From Candidatus Marinacidobacterales bacterium (GTDB lineage: Bacteria; Acidobacteriota; Vicinamibacteria; Marinacidobacterales; DATDRI01), in contig OZ245365.1 in assembly GCA_965226495.1 (NCBI GenBank), forward strand, positions 480,001 to 544,000: 64,000 nt of DNA, in the 5' to 3' direction. The notes under the pieces are model-generated. The model was not told the DNA's origin. It did no database searches and saw only the letters and a program-made list of their open reading frames with translations. How positions within the stretch are numbered: the stretch's first letter is position 1; each line of letters opens with the position of its first letter. A program made the translations under genes and the position numbers. Positions 1 through 10,111 of the stretch are shown piece after piece.

Positions 1-722
1 GTGACTCGCAAGGAAGCCGGCGCGCGAAAGGGGACTGCCTCCTTCGTACCGAGCGGTCGGTCGCTGGCACCACTCTCGCGGGGAAGGCTCGCCCCGTCCC
101 CCACGAAAGTGATGAGACCGAGCTCAACGAGCTTCTGTCGAATGTGTTCCTGGTTCTCGATACAATCGACGAACTCCCGACCCTCAGTTTCTGAGACATT
201 CTTCCAGAGCAAGGAGCGCTCGAGCACTTTGGGAAGCTCACGACACAGGATGGTCTCCGCCTGGCGTCCGAGAATGTTGCGTCCGGAAGCGGGAAGGCCG
301 ACTTGGATGCGTGCCTCGACCCAGTCCGGCGTCACGCGGAGGGCGGTGCGCTCGAGAACCTCTTGTCCTCCTACGTCGATGGTGACGATGCCGCTCTTGC
401 CAGTCCCTCGCCGCCCCTCCACCTCGCGCCGGATGGCATGGTGCACCTCTCGGCAAAGAAAATCCTGCAGGGCCAGTCGGCGGACGGGGTTATCGAAAAG
501 AGCCGGTGGGACCTGAGACAGTTTTTGCGGCACTCTTAGCCGTACCTTGCTGGGAGTGGCGAAGGGGTCGCCCTGTACGTGGTCGATGTGGAGCGTCCAT
601 CCCTGTTTCTGAGCCTCGCCCTGGCCCTCGCTCTCGTACGTCCCCGCGATTTCCTTATATGCCTTGTAGCCGCGCCCATCGATTCGATCGAGGAGCAGGT
701 GGAGATCGTTCAGGTTCGGCAT
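1..722 (-). CDS. ABC-ATPase domain-containing protein (predicted ATPase of the ABC class), 5' part; runs off the window edge
   Basis: Not in the ORF track. Manual translation from ATG at 722: MPNLNDLHLLLDRIDGRGYKAYKEI...HVQGDPFATPS...GTGKSG...QEVLERTA...FVGDGASLPRESGASDRPL, open to position 1. These motifs are typical of this family's N-terminus. Confidence 0.8.
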   Translation of the reverse strand, partial: MPNLNDLHLLLDRIDGRGYKAYKEIAGTYESEGQGEAQKQGWTLHIDHVQGDPFATPSKVRLRVPQKLSQVPPALFDNPVRRLALQDFLCREVHHAIRREVEGRRGTGKSGIVTIDVGGQEVLERTALRVTPDWVEARIQVGLPASGRNILGRQAETILCRELPKVLERSLLWKNVSETEGREFVDCIENQEHIRQKLVELGLITFVGDGASLPRESGASDRPLGTKEAVPFRAPASLRV

Positions 723-791
723 ATACGCCAGACAGTTTACCCCGTACCGAAACCCCCAGGTTAGATTGTCTAGCGAGGTTTGGTACGGAGT

Positions 792-2930
792 TTACTGGAA
801 TTCGATGGCGCCAGCCTCCTCCGCGTTCGTCAGATATTGCTCGACCTTGGTGAGGGAGGTCTCTCCGTAGTAGAAGGAACCAGCCGATTGGGCCTGGGCG
901 CTCACCGCTAGGAAGATATCGAGGATGCTTCGCTGCCCGTCCACAAAGTTCAAGACTTCCTCTTGCATAAAAGGATGAAGCCCCGGTACCGGTTTGGTAT
1001 GACCCGAGGATTTCAGGTACTCACCGATGGTTCCTACCTTGCGAGGGATCCTCTGATTCAATTGTTTCTCTTGGGGAGTCCGTTCCAGTGAAGGTAGCGG
1101 TCCACCCCCCGAGGCGGCGAGATAGACACTGTCGAGAAGAGTGGTCCACTCGCTCTCCCTTTGCCCGAGTGCGTCGGCCGTCGTCTGGATCAGTCGGCTC
1201 CCCGCACTTCCCGGCGTCGCGAAGACGGAGACCGAGCGCAAGGCGGTCTGCTCTCGTTCCACCGCTTGCGCGATAAGGTTCCGTGCATTTCGATAGGACG
1301 CCGCCCTGTCGTCCGCGTTCGACGTTTGCAACAGCCGGCTCGCCGTCCCCACGTCGCGTCCGATCCTGCCGAGCGCTCTTCCGTAGACCTCCGACGTCAG
1401 CGCGGGAATCTCCGCTTCGCCCGCATCGGCGATGTACAGTGCCGCCGCCGCGACGAGGAGCGCGTTCCGCTTCATCTGGGTCGAGTCCACGTTCCACATG
1501 TCATCGGCCGAGGAGTGAATGAACGGATCCGGCCAGTTGGTGAGCGTGACACCGGGAATACCGATGATCGAGTTCACGAACACGATGTGATCGGTCATGC
1601 CGTGGTAGGGCACCACCATCGCGTTATAGCGATCTCGTGTCCCGAGCGGTGCCAAGACCGGCCGCGAATAACGCGTTCCCCGCGTGAAGTTGCCCGCGGT
1701 CCGAACCGCGAGAAACGCCGTGTTGCCTTGAATCAAAGACTGGGCGATCGATTCCACCACGTCGCTCAGATAGCTCGGCATGGAGTTGGGAGTCCGCGTG
1801 ATCATTTGGACACGGTTTCCATACGACTGGTTCGCTCCGACCATGTCCTGGCTGATGTTGACCAACATCTGTTCGCGCTCTTCGGGATGATCCACAAAGT
1901 AGCGGTACTCGCTCGAAATTTCCGTCGCCCACCAAAAACGAATGTCGCGGCGGGGGCGAGCGAGGCGTCCTTCATCTATCGCCTTCTCTATCACGCGAGC
2001 GATCTCCAGGAGGTTCACACAACCACTACCGTCGTCGTTGGCCGAGGGCTTTTCCTCTTGCAGGTGCGCGGTCAAAACGATGTCTTGATCGTGGATCTCG
2101 CTTCCGGGAATGACGTACTCGATCATTTCCATCCACTGCTCGGGATCGACCCTAGATTCTACCCGCGCCTTCAGGACTACTTTTTGCGGCTCGGCAACGC
2201 TCATATTGAAGACGTCCCCCGAGAAACCACCGTTGACCAGTTTCTGTAACCAGATCCCCGTGCGAGGCGAGATCATGAAGGCGAACGTCGGTTCCTGCTC
2301 GCCGCCCCCCAAGCCTTCCATGAGCCCGATGGAAACCTGATCCGCTCCTTCGATGATTGGGTGGACGCGGCTCGACCAGGACGAAATGACACCCAAGGCG
2401 CCACGTTTCAAAACCGCCTCCGCCATAACCAACGGCGTCAGGCCCGAGGCGAGAACCAGCTTGCCTTCGACTTCCTTCCCCTCGTAGTCCGCATCCGTCG
2501 TGCCGCCGCCCACGTCCACCAGCTCGGCGGTGACGTCGGCCGGACGCGAATGGTCGGCGAGCGCTGTCGCCACTTCCCAGTTGTCGGCCAGCTTGATCTC
2601 CTCCGGCTCCACCATCCAGAGCTCGGAGTGTCCGGGGCTCCAGGCTGGCTGATTGCTTTCCTGGCGAATGAGCTCGATGCCTTCGAGCCCGTACTCCTGG
2701 GCCTTCTCGATGATGAACTGTGCGGCCTCGTGGAACCCCTGGGAGCCTCCCGGCCGGTGGTATCGCGTTACCACCTTCAGGTTGTCCTTGGCGATGTCTC
2801 CCGAGAGCTCGTTATTGAGTAGCCGGAAAGTCTTTTCGTCGACGAACGTCGATTCTTGAGCGGAAACGGAGGTGCCCAGCAAAAAGCCGACAAAGATAAA
2901 CACGGGAACAGTAGGCGAGAATAGTCTCAT
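792..2930 (-). CDS. Secreted M28-family peptidase (PA domain, DUF4910-like)
   Basis: Signal peptide; AHLQEEKPSANDDGSG, TE, QDMVG, TDH and IHSSAD zinc-peptidase motifs. Confidence 0.8.
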   Translation of the reverse strand: MRLFSPTVPVFIFVGFLLGTSVSAQESTFVDEKTFRLLNNELSGDIAKDNLKVVTRYHRPGGSQGFHEAAQFIIEKAQEYGLEGIELIRQESNQPAWSPGHSELWMVEPEEIKLADNWEVATALADHSRPADVTAELVDVGGGTTDADYEGKEVEGKLVLASGLTPLVMAEAVLKRGALGVISSWSSRVHPIIEGADQVSIGLMEGLGGGEQEPTFAFMISPRTGIWLQKLVNGGFSGDVFNMSVAEPQKVVLKARVESRVDPEQWMEMIEYVIPGSEIHDQDIVLTAHLQEEKPSANDDGSGCVNLLEIARVIEKAIDEGRLARPRRDIRFWWATEISSEYRYFVDHPEEREQMLVNISQDMVGANQSYGNRVQMITRTPNSMPSYLSDVVESIAQSLIQGNTAFLAVRTAGNFTRGTRYSRPVLAPLGTRDRYNAMVVPYHGMTDHIVFVNSIIGIPGVTLTNWPDPFIHSSADDMWNVDSTQMKRNALLVAAAALYIADAGEAEIPALTSEVYGRALGRIGRDVGTASRLLQTSNADDRAASYRNARNLIAQAVEREQTALRSVSVFATPGSAGSRLIQTTADALGQRESEWTTLLDSVYLAASGGGPLPSLERTPQEKQLNQRIPRKVGTIGEYLKSSGHTKPVPGLHPFMQEEVLNFVDGQRSILDIFLAVSAQAQSAGSFYYGETSLTKVEQYLTNAEEAGAIEFQ

Positions 2931-2989
2931 AGCAAAGGCTCCAGGATAGGAGTACGTGATTTTCGGAGGAAAAGTTCGAAGCGAGTCAG

Positions 2990-4354
2990 TCAGGAACGGT
3001 CCTCACCGCGCGTTGGCACAGCTAGTGTTAACTCGGAATCCTCGGCCTCTGCAACACGACGTCCCTCTTCGACATCCACCCGGCTCAGGAAAAACATGCC
3101 GCTGGCAAAGAATCCGATGAGAGAGAGGATGGCGAGGCGGCTTCCCCCGGCGAGCTGGCTGACCACCGCGAACACGAGGGGCCCGATGATGTTCCCGAAC
3201 TTTCCGCTGATGCTGTAGAAGCCGAAGAACTCGGACGATTTTCCTCGCGGCACCATCGCAGTAAAGAGAGAACGGCTTAAGGCCTGGCTTCCTCCCTGTA
3301 CCATGCCCACCGCACAAGCGAGTGCCCAGAAGTGCGTGGCGGTGGTCATGAAATAGCCCAAGATCGAAATGCCGGTGTAAACGAAGAGTGCGATATAGAG
3401 GCCATTCTTGGCCCCAATGCGAGATGCCAGCGCGCCATAGGCAAACGTGAAGGGAATACCCATGAACTGAACGAGGAGCATCGCCCCGATCAAATGAGTC
3501 TGGCCAATCCCGATCTCGGCGCCGTAAATCGTCGCCATCTTGATGATGGTCATGATGCCGTCGTTGTAGAGCCAGAACGCGACGAGAAAGAGAAAGATCT
3601 GTCGATGCTGCCGAATCTCTTTAAAGGTTTCTATGACGCGGTTGAAGCCGACTCTGATGGGGTTCATCTTGAGGAGCTCGTCCTGCTCCAGTCGGCGCGG
3701 CGGTTCGGGGACGGTGCGGAAAATGGGAATCGCGAAGATCGCCCACCACAGAGCCACGCTGGCGAAGGCGAACTTGGAGGCTTGGGTTTCATCCGTCATG
3801 CCGAACTTTTCAGGCCACGTGATCCACGCGAGCTGGACGGCAAGCAGCAATCCTCCACCCACGTAACCGATGGCGTAGCCTGCCGTCGAAACGCGATCGA
3901 CTTCGTCGGACTTGGCGACGTGCGGCAGGAGGGACTCGTAGAACACGTTACCGGCCGCGAAACCGATGTTGCCGATAATGAACACGGCGGAAGCGAAGAA
4001 CCACTGCCCCTCGCCGGTAAAGTAAAGGAGAAAAGAGCCCACCACACCCATGCCGGCGAAACCGGCGAGGAATTTCTTTTTGGCACCGAGGTAATCGGCG
4101 GTCGCGCCTAGAACCGGCGAAATGAGGGCGATGATGACGAGCGCCACCGTCTGCGTATAACCCCAGTAGACGGTGCGCAGGTTCTCCGGAAGCGAGTTGG
4201 CGGCGTACCCGTGGTAGAAGATTGGCAGCACGGTAGCCATGATGGAAGTCGCGAAGGCCGAGTTGGCCCAGTCGTACATCGCCCAAGCTCTGAGCTCACG
4301 ACGGTGGAGACCAAGGGTTTCGAGCCAGGAGAGACGCTGAGCCGACGGAGGCAC
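2990..4354 (-). CDS. MFS transporter, UMF1/Atg22 family
   Basis: [23 protein letters not shown] and SSEFFGFY motifs; about 12 hydrophobic segments. Confidence 0.88.
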   Translation of the reverse strand: MPPSAQRLSWLETLGLHRRELRAWAMYDWANSAFATSIMATVLPIFYHGYAANSLPENLRTVYWGYTQTVALVIIALISPVLGATADYLGAKKKFLAGFAGMGVVGSFLLYFTGEGQWFFASAVFIIGNIGFAAGNVFYESLLPHVAKSDEVDRVSTAGYAIGYVGGGLLLAVQLAWITWPEKFGMTDETQASKFAFASVALWWAIFAIPIFRTVPEPPRRLEQDELLKMNPIRVGFNRVIETFKEIRQHRQIFLFLVAFWLYNDGIMTIIKMATIYGAEIGIGQTHLIGAMLLVQFMGIPFTFAYGALASRIGAKNGLYIALFVYTGISILGYFMTTATHFWALACAVGMVQGGSQALSRSLFTAMVPRGKSSEFFGFYSISGKFGNIIGPLVFAVVSQLAGGSRLAILSLIGFFASGMFFLSRVDVEEGRRVAEAEDSELTLAVPTRGEDRS

Positions 4355-4391
4355 GATGCGACCTATGCTACCAGATCCAGGCTCACTGCTC

Positions 4392-4400
4392 TGGTATAAT
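4392..4400 (+). promoter_or_regulatory. Extended -10 promoter (TGnTATAAT) for the sulfite oxidase operon
   Basis: TGGTATAAT at 4392-4400, followed by a GGAGG RBS just before the 4418 start. Confidence 0.55.
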
Positions 4401-4417
4401 CGCCGTCCATTCGGAGG

Positions 4418-5653
4418 TTGAAGATGACGTGGAATGGGCGAAGAAGATTTCTCGGCGTGCTCGGTTCGAGCACGTTGGGCATGTACTTCTGGGGTGCGAA
4501 AGGGTCTCCGCCTGCAAATGTGGTCCTGGCTCAGGAGCCCGACCCTCTTGCCGTCGAAGACCCGCTCCTAGGGAAAGACCGGCTCACCGTTATGAGCGAC
4601 CGCCCTCTCACCGCCGAGACCCCGGTGACGCTCCTCGACGATGAGGTGACCCCCAACTCGCGCCATTTCGTACGCAACAACGGTCGCCTTCCCGAGCGTG
4701 CCCGCACCGGCGATCTTTCTGATTGGACCCTCACCGTCGACGGCGAAGTCGATGCGCCGCTCTCGCTAGGACTCGATGATTTGAAGCAGCGCTTCGAGAA
4801 TCGGCGGGCGGCGCTGGTTATCGAATGCGCGGGTAACGGCCGCGCCGGGTACAACCCACCGGCCTCGGGCAATCAGTGGACGCTCGGTGCGGTTGGTTGT
4901 GCCAACTACGCGGGGGTGCGACTCAAAGACGTCCTCCAAGAGGCGGGTCTGAAGACGACCGCGGTTTTCGTCGCCTACTATGGCGAAGACCCTCACTTGA
5001 GCGGTGACACCGAAAGGGTGCCCATCTCGCGTGGCATCCCGATCGAAAAGGCGCTTGATGAGAACACTCTGCTGGCGTGGGAAATGAACGGCGTGCCTTT
5101 GCCGCCCGAGCACGGCTTTCCTCTACGTCTGGTGGCACCGGGCCGGCCGGGCTCGGCATCCGGTAAGTGGCTTCGCCGGCTTTGGGTCAGGGACCAGGAG
5201 CACGACGGTCCCAAGATGACCGGGCACTCCTACCGCATGCCCAAGTATCCGGTCGCGCCTGGTACCGAGGTTCCAGAAGAAGACATGAAGATGATCGAGG
5301 CCATGCCGGTGAAGTCCATCATCACCCGACCGGAGACGGGAATGAAGCTTCGATTCGGCGAGCCGCTCGCACTACGAGGGCACGCCTGGTGCGGCGATGG
5401 AGCGGTCAAAGAAATGCACGTGAGTTTCGACTTCGCCGCCACATGGAAACGAGCCTCCCTCGCCGAACCCAGCAACCCTTTCGCTTGGCAGCGGTGGGAG
5501 GCGACCCTTGAGTTCCCCACGCCTGGCTATTACGAAGTCTGGGCCCGTGCGACGGACCACCTGGGTCGACAACAGCCCATGGTGGTCCCGGGCTGGAATC
5601 CACGAGGCTATCTCAATAACGCCATGCAGCGGATCTCGGTGCGGGTGTCCTGA
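4418..5653 (+). CDS. Sulfite oxidase-family molybdopterin enzyme (SorA/SoxC-like) with Tat signal
   Basis: RRRFL Tat motif, FVRNNG, Mo-ligand [21 protein letters not shown]-terminal WNPRGYLNN. Confidence 0.9.
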   Translation: MKMTWNGRRRFLGVLGSSTLGMYFWGAKGSPPANVVLAQEPDPLAVEDPLLGKDRLTVMSDRPLTAETPVTLLDDEVTPNSRHFVRNNGRLPERARTGDLSDWTLTVDGEVDAPLSLGLDDLKQRFENRRAALVIECAGNGRAGYNPPASGNQWTLGAVGCANYAGVRLKDVLQEAGLKTTAVFVAYYGEDPHLSGDTERVPISRGIPIEKALDENTLLAWEMNGVPLPPEHGFPLRLVAPGRPGSASGKWLRRLWVRDQEHDGPKMTGHSYRMPKYPVAPGTEVPEEDMKMIEAMPVKSIITRPETGMKLRFGEPLALRGHAWCGDGAVKEMHVSFDFAATWKRASLAEPSNPFAWQRWEATLEFPTPGYYEVWARATDHLGRQQPMVVPGWNPRGYLNNAMQRISVRVS

Positions 5654-5696
5654 CCGCCCCACAGCCTGACCGCCCCACAGCCTGACAGCTTGACAG
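5649..5696 (+). repeat. Short tandem repeat built on CCTGAC(A/C)G units
   Basis: cctgaccgccccacag x2, then cctgacag and cttgacag; begins at the stop codon of the upstream gene. Confidence 0.7.
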
Positions 5697-5701
5697 AAAC
5701 G

Positions 5702-6079
5702 ATGCGAAAAGTACTCATCGCGGCCGTCGCGGTCGTCCTGCTCGCGGTCGGTATCGTCGCCTTGCTCGAGTTTCGCCCTGCTCCGGAAGACGATCTCGCT
5801 CAGGGTTTGAAGCCCGGCGAAGGCCGGCAGCTGGTCCTGACGCACTGCGTTCCGTGCCATTCGACGACGCTCGTCGTGACGTACCGCACGTCTCGCGAGG
5901 GTTGGGACGAGGTCATTACTCGGATGCAGACAGAAGAAGGCCTTTGGTCGTTCACCACCGAAGATCGGAAGGCGCTTCTCGACTACCTCGAAGCAACACA
6001 AGGCCCGATGGACTCGGAAGAGCTAGTCCGGGCAACTCCCTGGGCCGAGCCTCTCTACAAACCCAATCCCATCTGGTAA
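5702..6079 (+). CDS. Membrane-anchored monoheme cytochrome c (SorB-like partner)
   Basis: N-terminal hydrophobic helix, CVPCH heme motif, W..VITRMQ..GLW pattern, directly downstream of the Mo enzyme. ATG at 5702 preferred over TTG at 5690. Confidence 0.82.
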   Translation: MRKVLIAAVAVVLLAVGIVALLEFRPAPEDDLAQGLKPGEGRQLVLTHCVPCHSTTLVVTYRTSREGWDEVITRMQTEEGLWSFTTEDRKALLDYLEATQGPMDSEELVRATPWAEPLYKPNPIW

Positions 6080-6088
6080 GAGCAGCGC

Positions 6089-6535
6089 TCAGCTCTCTAC
6101 TTCCCGCTCCAAAGACGCGATCGCTTCGCGAATGGAGTCGGGGAGGTCGGCTTTTTTTCCGTTCTCGTAGTCGTAGCACACGACCGAGCCTTCTCCCTCC
6201 GCCGCTACTTTAGCGAGCTTGTGGCTTACGAGGCGATAGTATGTGACGAAACGATCGACCTCTATGTCGTCAACGCGAATGCCGACCGAGACTTGGTCCG
6301 GGAAGACCAGCGGTATTCGAAAATCGCAGCGTGTCGACGCGAGGATAGGACCTAGACCGGTGCGTTCTTTTTCTCCCAGGAAACCGATCCGTTCCAGATA
6401 AACCATGCGGGCACTTTCGAAGTACCGGAAGTAAATAATGTTGTTGACGTGGCCCATCGAATCCATCTCTCCCCAAGCCACTGGAATCTCAATCACCACT
6501 GGGAACTTCGCCAGGAGCCGGCCGAGTTCGTCCAT
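6089..6535 (-). CDS. Acyl-CoA thioesterase (4HBT/YbgC hotdog family)
   Basis: WGEMDSMGHVNNIIYFRYFESAR motif. Confidence 0.9.
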   Translation of the reverse strand: MDELGRLLAKFPVVIEIPVAWGEMDSMGHVNNIIYFRYFESARMVYLERIGFLGEKERTGLGPILASTRCDFRIPLVFPDQVSVGIRVDDIEVDRFVTYYRLVSHKLAKVAAEGEGSVVCYDYENGKKADLPDSIREAIASLEREVES

Positions 6536-6667
6536 GAGTTCTTATCCCTCCCGAGTACCGCCAAAGTATCAAATTGTCTCCGAGTGCTTCAAGCCCTCAA
6601 GTGTACGTATAAGTACATATATCATATATACTTGTGAGGCGCTGCCGTTAGTCGCTTCTCTGCGAGG

Positions 6668-6696
6668 TTGACGAATCGCCGCGTCGAGGCGATAAT
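6668..6696 (+). promoter_or_regulatory. Sigma70-type promoter upstream of the lytic transglycosylase
   Basis: TTGACG (6668-6673), 17 bp spacer, GATAAT (6691-6696). Confidence 0.55.
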
Positions 6697-6904
6697 GACT
6701 GGACCCCAACCTAGAAGAACCCAGTTCCTTAATAATAATTCTGATCTTCCGAAGACCGCATCGTTTTATCGAGAGCTGGTTTGGCTCCCGAAACGAGGCA
6801 CGAGGCAAGTTGACATCGACGTCTCGCAAACGAAGCACGAGAGGAAAGCTTCGTAGGCGGATAGCAGTACGGGAACGCCTCTATCCTGATTCCGGAGGTT
6901 CTGG

Positions 6905-7831
6905 ATGGCAGCTCAGAGAAAAGCGGAAAGCAAGGTTTTCAGTCTTGCGGAAAGAAAGCTTCTCGAGGAGAGCACCGAAACCAGAAATAAGGGGCCCAGA
7001 AAGTCTAAGAAGCGAACCGCGCCGTCGAAAAAGTCGCCAAGTAAGTACGGCTGGCAGTTTGTCGCGCTCGTTTGTGTTTCGCTTCTCCTTTTGACGACGA
7101 GCGTTTTGGCCCTGTACGCGTTTCATTGGGTTGCGACGCTAAGTGAAGAGACCGATCGGATGATGGCGCACGTAGAATCGAGAATGCAGAAGCTCGACTC
7201 GGCGGTCCGATTCGATTCCAAACGGCAGCAAATGTTGTTAGGGATCAGGGATGCGATCATGGAGTCCAATCCGAGGATCGGTCTCAATCAGGCCTACCAG
7301 TACTCCGACTGGATTCTCGGCGCCAGCGAAAAATATCCATCTTTGGACCCGCTCATGTTCCTCTCGATTGGCATTGTGGAGAGCGGATACAGGACTAACG
7401 CGGTCAGCGGTTCCGACGCCAAGGGCCTCTACCAGATTTGGCCATCCACCGGCAGAATGCTGGCAAGGGTCAGGGGCTGGGAATACACCGAGGACATGCT
7501 CTTCGACCCCGAGAAGAACACAGAGTTAGCCGCCCTCTACTTGGACATTCTTTTTTCCGCCTACAACGACGAACGACTGGTCCTCGCCGAATACAACGGT
7601 GGTCCTTTGAACGCCGGTTACTTTCGAGCTGGCAGTGGTCGCACCGCGACGGAAACCCGTCAGTACGTCGCCAAAGTCCTCGATGCTTACGAAGGGCTGA
7701 AGGAACGATTCGAGCGCGGATCCGATGTCAAGCTCGAGTTCATGCACAAAGACCGGGCTCGAGACAGTAAGCGCCTCTGGGTACCGCTCCGCGAGGTTCG
7801 ACCCGACACCTCGACCCAGGCCGGCAACTAG
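6905..7831 (+). CDS. Membrane-anchored lytic transglycosylase (SLT domain)
   Basis: TM helix, then VES, AKGLYQI.PSTG, LFDPEKN, AEYNGGP and ETRQYVAKV motifs. Confidence 0.88.
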   Translation: MAAQRKAESKVFSLAERKLLEESTETRNKGPRKSKKRTAPSKKSPSKYGWQFVALVCVSLLLLTTSVLALYAFHWVATLSEETDRMMAHVESRMQKLDSAVRFDSKRQQMLLGIRDAIMESNPRIGLNQAYQYSDWILGASEKYPSLDPLMFLSIGIVESGYRTNAVSGSDAKGLYQIWPSTGRMLARVRGWEYTEDMLFDPEKNTELAALYLDILFSAYNDERLVLAEYNGGPLNAGYFRAGSGRTATETRQYVAKVLDAYEGLKERFERGSDVKLEFMHKDRARDSKRLWVPLREVRPDTSTQAGN

Positions 7832-7895
7832 GTTCGTTCCAACCAATCTCGCCAGGCACGACCTGGCAGCGCCGAGAGTGAGTTCGGCTGATCTG

Positions 7896-7935
7896 CCCCC
7901 TCACCCTACCCTCTCCCCCAAAGGGGGCGAGGGAA
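7896..7935 (+). repeat. REP-like palindromic element (CCCCTCACCC...CCCTCTCCCC-AAA-GGGG..AGGG), copy 1
   Basis: Closely similar to the copies at 20531-20570 and 23547-23586. Confidence 0.75.
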
Positions 7936-8070
7936 TGAAGGAACAAGAGCTTTCATTTCGCCGAGTGGTGTTCTCATCACCTCGGGGGTACAATCACGTC
8001 CAAAACCGGATCTCGATTGCCGGGGATTTTCCTGCCTTGAGGGCGGCAGAGTGTCTCCAGAGGGTGCCGA

Positions 8071-9282
8071 ATGAGCGATTTCTACCAGACCGGTGTCGTG
8101 ACGACGCTGCACCGGCTCGGGCCTCCCAACGTAGAGCGGCTAGAGCGGGAGTTGGTCCCGCTCGTCCGGGAGCGGCCGGTGGCGCTCGTCCTGCCTTCAC
8201 TCTTCAGCGAGCTCGAAGGCCCCGCCCTCGGACATATTGTGGACGAGGTGTCCAAAGTCCCCTACGTTCACCAGATCGTGATCAGCCTAGACCGGGCCGA
8301 CCGCCGGCAGTTCGAGCGCGCCCGAGAGTTCTTCAGCCGCTTGCCGCAGGAGCACCGCATCATCTGGAACGACGGGCCCCGCATGCAGAGTCTCTTCGAG
8401 CTGCTCTCCAAGCATGAGCTGACGATTGGCGAGCAGGGGAAGGGACGAGGGACTTGGTTGGCCTACGGCTACATCCTTGCTCGTGGCCAAGCCGAGGTCA
8501 TCGCGCTTCACGACTGCGATATTGTGTCGTACGACCGTGAGATGCTCGCACGCCTCGTTTTTCCTGTGGTCAACCCTAATTTCGACTACCGTTTCTGCAA
8601 GGGCTTTTACAGTCGGATCACCAACCGCATGCACGGTCGCGTGACACGGCTCATGATGACGCCCCTCATCAGGGGGCTGCAGGGGATCGTGGGACCCTTG
8701 GCGATTCTCGACTACCTGGACAGCTTCCGCTACATCCTCGCCGGTGAGTTCTCGATGGATGCCGACCTCGCGCGGGTGAACCGCATCCCATCCGACTGGG
8801 GGCTGGAGGTCGGCATGTTGGCGGAGGTGTTTCGGAACGTTGCGGTGCAGCGGGTTTGTCAGGTCGATATAGCCGGCCACTACGAGCACAAGCACCAGCC
8901 CCTATCGGAGCAAGATCCCGATGCAGGCCTCAAGAAGATGGCGATCGATATTTCGAAATCTTTGTTCCGCACGCTTGCCGCGGAAGGGGTCATACTCTCC
9001 GAGGGTTTGTTTCGCACCCTTTGGGCAAGCTACCAGCGGACCGCCGAGGACACCATCGAGCGTTTCCACGCCGACGCCGCTATCAACGGCCTCGAGTTCG
9101 ATCGCGACGACGAAGAAAAAGCCGTCGAAACGTTCGCACACGCCATGCAAATTGCTGGCGAGCAATTTCTGAACGATCCCCTTCGCACTCCACTCATCCC
9201 CACCTGGAACCGCGTCACCGCCGCGATCCCGGGCTTCCTCTCTAACATGCTAGAGGCGGTCGAGAGCGACAATAAGAGCTGA
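8071..9282 (+). CDS. gpgS: Glucosyl-3-phosphoglycerate synthase-like glycosyltransferase
   Basis: MSDFYQTGVVTTLH N-terminus, GKGR, LHDCDI, FCKGFYSR, GRVTRL, LAGEF, DWGLEVG and YEHKHQ motifs. Confidence 0.8.
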   Translation: MSDFYQTGVVTTLHRLGPPNVERLERELVPLVRERPVALVLPSLFSELEGPALGHIVDEVSKVPYVHQIVISLDRADRRQFERAREFFSRLPQEHRIIWNDGPRMQSLFELLSKHELTIGEQGKGRGTWLAYGYILARGQAEVIALHDCDIVSYDREMLARLVFPVVNPNFDYRFCKGFYSRITNRMHGRVTRLMMTPLIRGLQGIVGPLAILDYLDSFRYILAGEFSMDADLARVNRIPSDWGLEVGMLAEVFRNVAVQRVCQVDIAGHYEHKHQPLSEQDPDAGLKKMAIDISKSLFRTLAAEGVILSEGLFRTLWASYQRTAEDTIERFHADAAINGLEFDRDDEEKAVETFAHAMQIAGEQFLNDPLRTPLIPTWNRVTAAIPGFLSNMLEAVESDNKS

Positions 9283-9311
9283 GGACCCTAAGGCTCACTC
9301 GGCTTACGGAT

Positions 9312-10109
9312 TCAAGGCACTAGCCAGCCGCGCCGGCCGTAGACCCAAAGGCCGACGATCTCATGCAGGATGGGCCCGAAGGATTCGAGTCGTTCGTCGG
9401 GTTTTTCGAGCGTTTCCAAGTCGAAGTCCATCTCGATCGATGGGTAGCAAACGACTTCCATTCCCTCTTTCTCGAAAGCCGCGCAGGCGCGCCGCGAGTG
9501 GACGGGAGACGTCACGACCAGTATGCGCTTCCAATCTCGGTCTCGATAAAGACCGCCTACCAAGACCGCTTCGCTCCGGGTGCTCTCGCCCTCGCCGACC
9601 GAGAGGATCGGCTGCTCCATTCCCAGGCCGTCCATGATTCTCCGGCAAGCCTCTGAGTGCGAAGGGTAGGGAGGTGGAAGCTCGGAAACGGCCAACACCG
9701 GAGCCATTCCCTGTTGGAGCAGTTCGAGCCCGCCGAGCAGCCGGCTCGTGGCTTCCCCGGTTGGCTCGCCATCCTTCTGCACACTGGAACCAAGGATGTA
9801 GGCGGCGTCGGCAGGTTGAAGCGGGTCGCGGCGCGTCAAGTCTTTCGCTAGCCAGGGGCAAATAGGCGTAAAGGCAACTGCGAGCCACAGCGTGCCGAGT
9901 GCCACCACGCCCACGCCCAGTAGCCAGCGTAGTCGTGTGCCCCAAATAGCGGCTCCAGCGATCGCAGCTCCCACGACCCAAGGAGCGCGGTCGTCCCAAT
10001 AAGAGATGAGAGAAAGGAGGTTCAGCTCCTTGGCCAAAAGGCCTAGTAGGGCACCCAAGGCGAAGCCAACGCCGATCCCTGTGATTGTTGTCGCGCGCTC
10101 TGTTGTCAT
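9312..10109 (-). CDS. YdcF/DUF218 family membrane protein
   Basis: N-terminal TM helices, ESTRSEA, LVVTSPVHSRRA, HEIVGL.VY. True start is ATG 10109, just after the aminotransferase stop. Confidence 0.8.
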   Translation of the reverse strand: MTTERATTITGIGVGFALGALLGLLAKELNLLSLISYWDDRAPWVVGAAIAGAAIWGTRLRWLLGVGVVALGTLWLAVAFTPICPWLAKDLTRRDPLQPADAAYILGSSVQKDGEPTGEATSRLLGGLELLQQGMAPVLAVSELPPPYPSHSEACRRIMDGLGMEQPILSVGEGESTRSEAVLVGGLYRDRDWKRILVVTSPVHSRRACAAFEKEGMEVVCYPSIEMDFDLETLEKPDERLESFGPILHEIVGLWVYGRRGWLVP

Positions 10110-10111
10110 TG

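Noticed and set aside
6830-6895. c-di-AMP (ydaO) or c-di-GMP riboswitch
   Set aside because: Only a short CGTAGGC resemblance; the other conserved blocks are not recognisable.
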